Source: Catajapyx aquilonaris (lineage: Eukaryota). From it: a DNA stretch of 51,554 bases. Below, in pieces: positions 12,994 through 23,797 of this stretch. The stretch is taken from positions 1-51,554 of the forward strand of contig JYFJ02002754.1 of assembly GCA_000934665.2 (NCBI GenBank), given 5' to 3'. Below the pieces are notes generated by a model that saw only the letters and a program-made list of their open reading frames with translations, was not told the DNA's origin and made no database searches. Each line of letters opens with the position of its first letter. Within the stretch, counting starts at the first letter, position 1. A program made the translations under genes and the position numbers.

Positions 12994-15900
12994 CCGTGCT
13001 CGAGCCATTCGGCTCGTTTTGGGGGGAGGGGAAGGTTCCCAAGGGGGGGCATCCTCGGGTTTATAGTCACTCACGACTCTCTCAGATACACCAGACGTTT
13101 TCTCTGGCCCCGGGCAGCTAAGGGAGTGCAATGCTGCCCCAGCGTGTCGGGTGAAAAGCGGAAAAAGACCCGGCCAAGGAGAGATGACGGGGGCGGGATT
13201 TGAACCCCGGCCTCCCGTGTGGCTAGCCAGTGGCGTAACCACTAGACTACCACGCCTCCCTGCTGTCCTTACATTACTGGGTGTTTCTTTTCAAATCAGC
13301 CATAGTTTTATAATAACTTCTGGCCAGTATATCTCCTCCATCAGTCGAAAAGAAGCTCGCCGAGATGTGAAGTTGTCATAACTATGTCACGCATTTGACA
13401 CAGCATACCTCAGAAATTATCATTCTCAAAGCATGACAATGCAATTCTGAGCAACTGAACCATCTTCATTTCTCACCATGGGTGATTGGGAATACCGTGG
13501 CATTCAGATAAGGCAGTGGGTGGGAGCTGCCTTGTAACATAATATCTGGTGAATAATACCTGCAGTAGTGCAAAGAGACTCCAATATTGATTCGCTCACA
13601 AAATTAGTTTATTACACAGGCAAGGATTATAATTATACTTCTTTTTTTTTACTAAACTAGGTGAAAGATCAAGATTCCTTTTCTTTCAGAAAATACTTGG
13701 TTGTGCCGTTACATTGAATCAGCATTCCTTAATTTGTCTTTTCGGAATTTATATGAATTTTCTTTAAAACGAAAATCACCTGAAAAGCTTTGACCATCAG
13801 CATGATGGGGATAAAGTTGTTTTATGTTGATGTTATTTATAGAAGCATGTAAATGAAGAGACCCATAAATCATGGAATGATGAAGAGACCTCAGACTGTA
13901 ATACCCTTTTCATCATCCATAGGGCCGTAAGTCTGGTGTGTTTGTTGATTGCACTTTTTCTGCCAAGCGGTGTGAGTTGTGTCCGAGCAAGGATGGCGCC
14001 CTGAAGTGCACAGACAACGGTGGGTGGGCACATGTGGTGTGTGCCCTGTACATCCCTGAGGTGTGCTTTGGTAACGTGACCTCAATGGAACCCATCATCT
14101 TGGCACTGGTGCCTAAGGACAGATTCACCAAAGCATGCTATATATGTGAGGAGCAGGAGAAGGAGAGCAGGGCAACAGTGGGTGCCTGTATGCAGTGCAA
14201 CAAGTCAGGGTGCAAACAGCATTTCCATGTCACCTGTGCGCAGGCTCTTGGCTTGCTTTGTGAGGAGGCTGGAAACTATCTGGACAACGTAAAGTACTGT
14301 GGGTACTGCCAGTACCACTACTCAAAGCTGGTGAGCTTGTCTCCCTGATCATTTCTATTCGCAAGTGTTAGTGGTAGAAAAAGGCATGAAAGTTCTCTCT
14401 TGTTTAGCAGTCTTCCATTTCTATGTCTATTATTGCAAGAAGGGAAGAGCATTATTTAGCTGTTTGAACTAAATGCTGACTCTTTCAATCTTCTGCTTAT
14501 GATACCACTCACTTGTCAGTGGTGGATGGTAGCAAAAATTAAAACTTAACCAGGTGTGTTAGGGACGAGTTTTAGAGCAGGGACCCCATTTTAAATATTG
14601 GGTCTGCCAAAAAGATATGGCTGCTAATTGCTGCCTTACAGAAGAAGACCGGCAACGTCAAGATAATCCCTGCCTACAAGCCAATCCGTGCCAATGATGT
14701 CTCTGAGGATGAAGAGGAGGAGGAAGAGGAAGTCACAGGCAGGGCTGGGCCAGGAGTAGGAGCTGAAAAGGATATTTCACCTCCAGTGGCCAGTGCTCCT
14801 GGGACATCTGCTATTGGTGCAGTTGGCACCACTCCACCTTCTGCTGATCCAGGATTGCCTGGTGCCAGTGTGATACCTAAGGCTGAGCCAGGAGTGGTCC
14901 CAAGGACCAATTCCGGTGTCGGACCAAAGAGGAAGGGCAGCAAAGGAGGAGCTACGTCTGCCAAAAGTGTTAGTGTGGACTTGCAGGCACCAGTTCTGAT
15001 AGCTGAAAGCAGTGGAGGTGGCCAAGGCCCTGGTGGAGGTGGCTCAACTCCAACTGGATCCAGCAAATTCACGACAGCCAACTTCACAGAGACCTCTGTG
15101 ACCCCAGGAGAGAGTGTATTTGGAAGCAGCAGCAGCAATAGCAGTAACAGCAATAGCAGCTCAAGTAGTGTTGCCAGCAGTGTGCTTCCTGTTACTGTCA
15201 CTGCCATTGGAGTGACACTGCCGAAAAAGGGAGGACCACCTAAGAAATCAGTGCCAGTTGTCGCCACCACACCTGAGGAGCCTGTTGCTTTGGCACCATT
15301 GCCAACTCAAGACATACCCCCTCGTTTGGACTTGGCCACCTTGCCTGATATGACTCCATCAACACCATCTATGACACCATCTGTGGTGGTCACGCCATTG
15401 CCACCTCAGCCAGAACCAGCTTCTGATTTCAGACCTGGTGCCTTCTCATCCATTGCGATGGAGACGGAAGTGGTAGTCAAGTCCGAGTTGATGAATCCAG
15501 GAGTAGCTGCTGCAATTAAGCGTCCAAGATCACAGAGCAATGAGAAGATTGTGAGGGCGAGGAAGCAAAAGAGGGCCACAGTTTCAAGGCGAGGTGGGAG
15601 AGGTGGTGGTGCAGGGGCAAGAGCTGCTGCAGCACAAGCTGTGGCTGCAGCGGGGGCCACCATTTTGGGACCAGCAGCAAATCTGGGACCCACTACACCT
15701 ACTCCATCTGTAACCCCAACCCCAGTGATGACCTTAGTAAGGGAGTCGCCCCCGAGCAGCCCTGGATCAGAAGCAGCGTCAGTGGTGTCCTCAACAAAAA
15801 GGATGAGGCGAAAGAAGGATGAGAAGGATCCAAAATCTGGTAGCATGTAAGCTCACTTTTATATCATTTGCAGTGCCAAGCTGTTGACCTACAATTACTA

Positions 15901-17950
15901 CATCCATCAGTTCCCATTTACATGACAATGTTCCAAGCAAGCTAATAATATCCTGCCAATGATCATGAGATTGCTGTTATGATGTTATGGCGCTGTATTT
16001 TTGCAATGGTATTAAGTGATTTTTTGCACATGTGCTAGACAATCCGATAAGATTTTTAAAATGGCAGTCACCGTTTGAGGTCTTCTACAATGCACACTGA
16101 GTAATTATCAAGCTGTTACAGAACTGTTATGGACTAATAACTGATGATTTAGATAAAATATGAGAGGAAATACACTCCATAACGTATCTGCCTGCATACT
16201 CATTAATCTGGAATATTACTCACATAATTTATCACATGTCTGGTGTACACCTAGGAGTTGTTACCCCTTCTGTGAAATGTACCATCTTGCTATTTTACCT
16301 GGAGCATTTCCATTTGATTCAGTTTTTGTCTAATAGCAATTCCCTGCTCAGAGCATGCGTGACATACGTTCCATTGCATTTAACTCCCCATTACAGGTTC
16401 CCTAATGGATTGAATCCACCACATATGCTTGGAAATGCCCTGAATCCTTCCTCAACAATGGCGCAGAAGATGTCAGATACCCTCTCAGCCGAGATGGAAG
16501 CACACGGAATGTTCACCACAGAAGGGCCTACTGTGGCTGCCTCTCCACTGATTGGGCCCCCCTTCCCTGGAAAGCATCACCCTGTGAGTGTCACACCATT
16601 GTGTCGTAGCATGTAACAGCAGTACTGAAGCATAAATTTCCTTTTTTTCAGCCAAGAATGAATACCGGTGGAAGTGGGATGAGTGGCGGTGGTGGTGGAC
16701 AAGGAGATGGTGGAGCAGGGGGCGGTGGGAGTAACTCAGGTGGCGGAGGCCCTGGCAGTGGAGGAGGGGGAGGGGGTGGAGGAGCAGGGGGAGGTGGAAG
16801 TGGGGGAGGTGGTGGTGGAGGAGGAAGCGGGGGAGGGGGAGGAGGAGGAGGAGGCAGTGGCAGCGGAGGTGGCACCACCCCACCCTCATTTCCGCAGAGT
16901 TTGGAGCAGCTACTGGAGCGGCAATGGGAGCAAGGGAGCCAGTTCCTCATGGAGCAGGCACAACACTTTGACAGTAAGTCTGATGTCAAGGAGGAACATG
17001 TTACTTGATGGTTCAGTTAACTGAACCTTCCTCAGCTCGCTCAGATTATGGAAAAACGGCACTGCCTGGAAAATGCAAAAGCTCCTCTGTTCTCAGTTGG
17101 AACATGAGTGGGTTTCAACCCGAAATATCAAGTGAAGGAACTTACTTCATTTCTGAGTGCTAAGAACACAAGTTATTCTTGTCTTTACTGCAGTCTTATG
17201 GCTGAACTTGCAACAGAAGCAGCATTGCTTTTGTGGATAAGAATTTTTGTCATGCTTCAGATGCTGGATTGGGCTGATGATCTATTAAGTGCTGATCGGT
17301 ATAGCCCTCAGTGGTTTAAAACTGACCCACACCAAGCCTATCTAAGCCATTCAAGTGAGCAAAAAATAATACATATCCCCACCACACACTCGGAACTAAT
17401 CTGGGTATGCATAGATGTGGCAGGATGAGCAATTCAGTAGCACAACAGTATTTTCAGGTTTTATTTTTCTCCTTCCAACTCCTGATTTTTTTAGGTACCA
17501 CACTTTCTTGCTTGTGTTAGTGCCCTTTCACTTAAGTTAGTGTGTGTTGAAGGTAATTTAAACTAATTTCTTTTCAGTTGCTTCCCTGCTGTCATGCCTT
17601 CACCAGCTAAGGCAGGAGAATCAGCGGCTGGAGGATCATGTCACTGCCCTCACTCAGAGGAGAGACCATCTGCTGGCTGTTAATGCCCGGTTAGCAATAC
17701 CACTCAATCAGCATACCAATTCGTCAAGTGGTGGGGTTGGGGCTGGACCAGGGACCAGTCCTTCCAACTCCAGTGGTGGTGGACCAGGGGCCAACACACC
17801 CAACCCTCCAGCCAGCAATACGCCACGTGAGTTTGTTACGTGGAGTTGGAAAAATCTATGCAGTGAGATAGATCTAGAGGACATTTTTTGACCTTACGCT
17901 TTCATGTCACATGTGTGATGAAAGAAGTTGTCACTTTCCAAGTGCATGGA

Positions 17951-17992
<42 letters not shown>

Positions 17993-20900
17993 TAACTCTT
18001 ACATAGAACATTTGAAGAAACATTAATAACCTGGAACGGAGATGTCAGGTCTTGCCTTATGATGAAACTTCTCTCATAAGTCAATTATGAAGTAAATTAT
18101 TCCTGACATATGTTTACACTGCAGGGCCTAATTCAACGTCATCATCATCAGGGGGCGGTGGAGGCTTGTCCCAGGGCCCACCTCTGGAGTCACGGAGTCC
18201 ACGACTGAACAGTTACGTTCCCCTGGAGAATGGCGTCCCTGAACACTCCTACCCACCGCCGCCTCCTCCTCAGCAGCAGGGAGGCTACCACCCACACCAG
18301 CATCCTCATTCGATGCATTTGCACCGACGTAGTCCTGCCCTCCAGCATCCAGACCGTGGGCCTGTTCCAAGTCCTCAGAGCAGTGCCTCAGCTACCTCTC
18401 CAGCAGTACGGTACCCATTGTCATCATCAAGTGCAGTTCCTGTCGTACACCCCCACCTGCAGCATCCCCATGCACATATGAGTGGTGTATCGTCTGCTGC
18501 AGCCACCATGTCATCTGCAATGGCTGCAGCTGTGTCAACCATAACCTCAGCTGGATCTTCAGGGGCCATTGTGCAGCATCGGTCAGTCATGTCAAATGCT
18601 GATGCAATTCGCAGTGTGTCTAATCCACAGTATGTATTGACATTTTAATCATCATTGTGCCATACAATTTGTAAGGTTAGATACGAGGTAGGTGCTAAAA
18701 GTTTCTGACCTCACTATGTTCCAGGGGTGATGGAAATAAAACATGATAGTGTCAAGTAGTGCCATTCATGAGTGGACGAATGTACAAGTTTCTGCTCACA
18801 GATTGCGTCACACATTTCAATAAACTTAAATTTAGTCAGGCTAGTTGCCATTTCAGATCATGTTGAAAATCAAGTACAGAGAGTAAAGCCTTACTCCCAG
18901 TCCTATTAAACAGAGACTGTGGCATCGAGGAGCATGACCAACCATCCTACATCCCAGACCTGGCCACCAGTGGCTTTTACTTGGTTTGAACTCAAAAAAG
19001 ACCTTCCAGGTAGATTTTTTTTTTTTTGAAATGACGAGTTGCAGACAAAACTTTGGACAATTTTTCCAAAGGCATTGTGTGCTAATTTCGAGATGTAAGG
19101 AGTGTGTCTAGTACAAGAAGGCTATTGAAAAATGGCAGTCATTTTATATCAAACACCTGGAACATAACGTCGCTGTGTTAGTCAAAACCGCGTAACTCGA
19201 ATAATACTAATTTTTCAGAAGAGCAAAAAAACTGAATAAGAAAATTACAAACTTGCATTGAGATTTAATATTTTAACCTGGCCATATCTTCGCTCCGATT
19301 AGTCAAAAAATTCCCCGATTTTCAGCATCAAAACCCGAAATCGGCCGAAAAGCGAGTTACGCGGTTTTGACTCCACAGCGACGATAAGTCAGCCCAGTAA
19401 CTTGCCTACCTTGTATGTATTACTTCCCGTTTCAATATTTATGGGACCATTTTGGAAGGGTTTCATATGGACAGATTAATAACTAGCTTCTGTATGAAAC
19501 AGGTGACAGAATAAGTACTCTTGTTGAATAAGCAAAGAACATGCCCAGTTCTTTAAATTATAATTTGAGTTTGCTTCATATAGTAGCGTTCTGATGAAGC
19601 CTACAACACTTAAATCCCAAGGCTCACCCAAATCCATTCATTAGATGCACTTGTTGGGACACGCCACCCTCCTCCTCCTCCCTCTTACATATTAGCTAAT
19701 TGCAGGAACAATGGTCCTGACAACCAATCTAATAGAGGAAATCCTCTCTATATCGGAATCTGGATTCAGCAGGAACTTGCCCATGCAGAATTTGTATTTA
19801 GTCCCTGTGGAGGATTTTTTTCATAAATTTTGCCATTCTGTGTCATGCATAACAGAAGCCCATTCAGTACAGCTATTTCCTCGGACTGGAGCAACTCCGC
19901 TGTAGACAGGTTTCTCTGCATGCTATTCAGTGGCATACATGATATTTTTACTGCAGGAATCATGTACTGCTAACAACTGTGTACCTGTAAAGAATTTTGA
20001 TACCATGTCTTCCCATTCACTTCAGAGGTTTAAATAATGAATTTCTAGTGTCTGGAATGCCATTCATTTGATTAGTGCATTTTCACTGTGTTACACATCT
20101 TAGGGCCGGTGGCACCGGTCGCGGTATATGGGAAGGTATATGGAAAAACCCTGCACCGCGGGTACACGGTATATACCATGAAAAACCGCGGGTTTATTCC
20201 ATAGCGTTTCACCGGTCCAGATAAACGCAGGGTTATCGGTAGTACACTGGCCCATGAGAGACGTAAGCGGGCAAAAATTTTGGAGAGAGCTGATTGGATC
20301 GCAGCACCCGTGACGTCATGGAAGTATGGCTAGTCGTCTTGTATCTATGGCAACCATGTGGCAGGGTTGCCACCTGGTGTCACACAGTGCACGAAATCCC
20401 TAGCACCAGTCCGCAACCTTGACAACACCCATAAACCCGCGGTATAAGCAACTTGCGCTGCCGGATCGGTGGGTAGATGGATCCGGCGGTAAATGGGAGG
20501 GAGAACGGGTCGTTTTAGAAAAACCGTAGGTGGCGCAACACTTCTCGCTTTATATCGGAGTGAAAACCCGCCGTTTTCCATATACCGCGACCGGTGCAAC
20601 CGGCCCTTAATGTATCATAGTAGATTTGCCTAGAGATATATGCCATTTCTTTTCACGCTTCTGTTATTCCCATTTGCTTTCAGCTAGGCACCCTCCCTCC
20701 TCATCCCCCCCAATAAAATCAGTGGGTGGGATTGGGACCCAAACGGTAATCTGACTGTCTGGAAGTGTGTATATTCATTGATTTGACCACACTGGACAGG
20801 ACTGTTCTAATTGTCTGATGCCTGTGTTTTCAGGAGTGGGAGCCAGGGTTCCTCCGGTGCATTTATGTACCCTATGGTGAGCATCGGCATGGCCCTGCCC

Positions 20901-21149
20901 CCGTCCTCACATGGTCCACCCCATTCCTCTTCGCACGCATCTTTCCATCCTTCCTCTGCCCATCCCCCATCCCACTCTTCATCTCATTCCTCTCACCCTT
21001 CATCCCATTCCTCATCTCACCCATCATCCCACTCGCAGCAGCCAGGGCCATCGACAGGCCAGCCGCAGAATGCAAGTTTTGGGCTGGGATCGGTGAAAAA
21101 GGAGAATGGTGGCCGGTTCAACATTTGCTCCGAGGACAAGAACTATTGA
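9903..21149 (+). CDS. MLLT10: AF10/MLLT10 (Alhambra) ortholog: PZP (PHD-Zn knuckle-PHD) domain plus octapeptide/leucine zipper, ~1111 aa
   Basis: Exons 9903-10011, 12491-12570, 13968-14330, 14642-15846, 16397-16583, 16652-16973, 17578-17826, 18125-18629 and 20834-21149 are phase-consistent. Diagnostic segments: MKEMVGGCCVCSDDRGWAENPLVYCDG, WAHVVCALYIPEV, and EQLLERQWEQGSQFL followed by LHQLRQENQRLEDHVTALTQRRDHL. The join to the last exon is least certain. Confidence 0.93.
12917..13260 (-). mobile_element. tRNA-derived SINE (family B) in an AF10 intron
   Basis: Minus-strand head with A box TAGTCTAGTGG and B box GGTTCAAATCC, and a long (AAT)n tail (12922-12990). Flanked by a 15-bp TSD TGCTGTCCTTACATT (12902-12916 and 13261-13275). 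Confidence 0.9.
16670..16873 (+). repeat. GGN-rich coding repeat (poly-Gly/Ser tract of AF10)
   Basis: Long run of GGN codons immediately before the octapeptide motif. Confidence 0.85.
17951..17993. repeat. (ATT)n microsatellite
   Basis: Near-pure trinucleotide tract in an AF10 intron. Confidence 0.9.
18684..19413 (+). mobile_element. Degenerate, internally deleted mariner transposon
   Basis: TA-flanked ends CGAGGTAGG and CCTACCTTG. 18939-18983 translates as QPSYIPDLATSGFYL, a decayed HPPYSPDLAPSDF mariner motif, followed by frameshifted C-terminal-like remnants (LKKDLPGR...KGI...CV). Confidence 0.75.
19168..19383. mobile_element. MITE nested in the mariner relic
   Basis: ~31-bp TIRs CGTCGCTGTG(TT/G)AGTCAAAACCGCGTAACTCG, with ATAA on both flanks (19164-19167 and 19384-19387). 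Confidence 0.85.
20103..20606. mobile_element. PIF/Harbinger-type (Tourist-like) MITE
   Basis: ~28-bp TIRs GGGCCGGT(G/T)GCACCGGTCGCGGTATATGG, a TTA target-site duplication (20100-20102 and 20607-20609), and a CpG-rich non-coding interior. Confidence 0.88.
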
Positions 21150-23797
21150 CGTCCTCCTTTTGTCAACCCAAGTGAATATAAGTCCAAGGCAGTCCATTCT
21201 TTAGGTCTGATCTCTACCTCATCAACTTTTTTGGATACAGACTCAAAAAGCACTTGACATATAGGGAACTGAAATAGTGGCAATAAACCTCAAGCGTAGT
21301 TCATAGTACCACTGACAAAAATGCTGCCTTGGACCGCATGGAGCGGAACTCTTCGCCGGAAGTTGCTCAAAATCCTTCCAGTAGCAAACACAACCAGTGA
21401 TTCAGAGAGTTTTTGCTCAGGGATTTTTCAAAAAGGAGAAAACAAATTGGCTCCCCTCCACCCTCCAAAACCAATTCCAACAGTCGGTGTCGAGTTCAAC
21501 TCTGTGTGAACGCATTTTGGTGAACAACCTGTAGTGCATCCAGGAGTACCCACTGTTCCCAGAATCAATCAATAATTACCAATTGGCTAACAGTTCGGAT
21601 CATTAGCCACTTGACGCGAGGCTTTGAGACATTCAAAAAATTGTATAGGAGTTTTTTGAGCCTCTTAAGCGCCAAATGTGTACAAACTAAGTACAATTCT
21701 CCCTATTATTCTTATATAAGATAATCGTTATCTAGATTAATATCATTACTTTCATGATTGTTTATTTTTTTTGTTTGGAAGGGGCAAAAAGAGGATCTTT
21801 TTAAACCATGTGGTTAAATGTGACATTTGTTGTGGAGGCAAATTATTCATTTTAGCACTCCTTTTGTTTTCAAAATGGTGGCTATTGAAATTTCTCGCTC
21901 ACAATGTGCTTGTATTTATGTACCACCCTCTCCTTCCATTTTTGTTCATAGTCTGTACAGCTACACATTTTTTGCCAATGCCTAGATGCCAAATTTTGGA
22001 TTGTGTGAGTTTTTTTCACTCTGGAAATAATTGTTGCATGAAATTTTTTCTGTTGATTGGTACTTGAAGGCTTGCGCTTGCAGTTGAAAGTAAATTTTAA
22101 CATTCCATACTTTCATCAGAGCATGATATCATTAGTGGAGGTGAAGCATTCATAAAAAATGGTTTAATTATCGTGAAGGTGTGAATCTGAATCTTGTTGT
22201 TCGTGGCTAGAGTTTGCCTTGAGCAATGCAATTTACACTTTTTAAAACGTGGTTCTGTTATTCAGTAACACTCTTGCTTGGCATGTTCTGATTTTGTGAG
22301 GAACTGGGGATTAGTACTTTTTATGTAACCTACATGACTACCCACATCGAAAATGGACGCAGCGTTTGGACTAGTTTTGAGCATATTTTTTTTCCACAGA
22401 AGTCACAGTACAGTAATGCGTTTGGAAACAGGAATGATGGGAAGAAAAAAGACCTCCATGTGTTCATAATTTTGTACAAACTTTTTTTTGTGTACATAAC
22501 TAAGCAAGTGGATTTTTCAAGAAGACTTCTGGTTTCTATTGAACTTTTTTACCGTGTGTGTGTGTGATGTGTGTTCCAGTGGTTGCAACTGTGTAATTTC
22601 GTATTTTGTAGAAACCATTAAAATGCATATTAACTGCCATGTGTGTGAGTTTCATTTCCTAGTGTTTTTCTTGTAATATGAACAGAGTCAAATTGGCCTA
22701 CTTGTGCTGAGAATTCTCTCTGAGCACTGAACAAGAAGAGAAGTGCGTGTTGAACATGGATTTGGGGACTGCATATGCATACGAATAAGATGATCTTGAT
22801 GAGATTATTCCACCCCCAAAAATCCAAGGAAAGGCATGCAGAATATATTTCGGTGTTCAAGGCCTATCATGATATGAACCAACTTCCTCCAATCTGCTCT
22901 TTCTCCTGCACGTGTCCAGTATAAAGTGCTGGAATTTCATATACTGTCTGGGAACATGCAGGAACTATCCCACTTTGATGAATGTAATTTATTCACATTG
23001 CAAACCTTTGTGCATAGTTATTACCAGATTTTTGCCTGTAAAATCATGTTTCCACTGTGGGCATAACTTTCCAGAACCTTTTTCTAACTGATCGTGATCA
23101 TTGTGCAGTGCACATACCAATTTAAAAATGGCTCTCAAGTGTTGTGGAAAAATTTGTGTAAATTTTCATCATGAAATATGTAGGCACCCTACTGTACAGA
23201 ACATTATTGATGGGTATAATTAAGCGGCATAGGTTAATATTCAGATTCATACTTCATAGCAAAAAAAAAAGGGGGGGGGGGGGNGGGGGGAAGAAGTAAA
23301 ATTGCGTAACTGTAATCGATACAGAAATTCAGGATAAATTAATTGGCGTTTGGCAGTTCGTTTCAAAAATCTGAAATTAATGTAAGTTTTTTTTCTTCAT
23401 AATATTTATTAATAATATGGCGCAAGAAGGTATGTTTTCTTTGGCGGGGCACCGGGCACTGAAGGATTCTTGACAACGTGCGAGGCTTTCTCAGTTTTGG
23501 ACTTTCCGGGCATTTTCTGCCAAAACGATACGACCGACTGTTACAGCTACTGCTACTGCATACGGAGTATATTCCAAGATGGCGCTTATTCTGACACCTT
23601 TTTGTTTACAGTTCTCTTGCGGCTGAGATGGGTTTGACCAGGGGTTTTTAGTCGCTTGGGAATAGTTTCCTGAGACCTGTAGGAGTCCACTTTTTAACCC
23701 CGCTTCAAACGACTCGAAAACATAAACAGCGCTGGTTCTGCCGCGAATTCATTCCCCTGCACAGTTGTAGAAGTCGGCTTCCAGCAGTATATACGAC

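Noticed and set aside
12867..13242. Poly-Ile and poly-Asn ORFs (also 26548-26855)
   Set aside because: Translation artefacts of (ATT)n tracts.
14674..16989. Long minus-strand ORFs, including a poly-Pro ORF
   Set aside because: Antisense shadows of GC-rich AF10 exons. The same applies to the antisense ORFs over the SLC7, ABCF2 and TMEM98 exons.
17270..17330. Mini C/D snoRNA in an AF10 intron (TGATGA...CTGA...CTGA, TGGG/CCCA stem)
   Set aside because: Only ~50 nt between the boxes, a 4-bp stem, and no target I can recognise.
23261..23290. A10/G-run element
   Set aside because: Homopolymer containing an N, so the sequence is low quality and no function can be supported.
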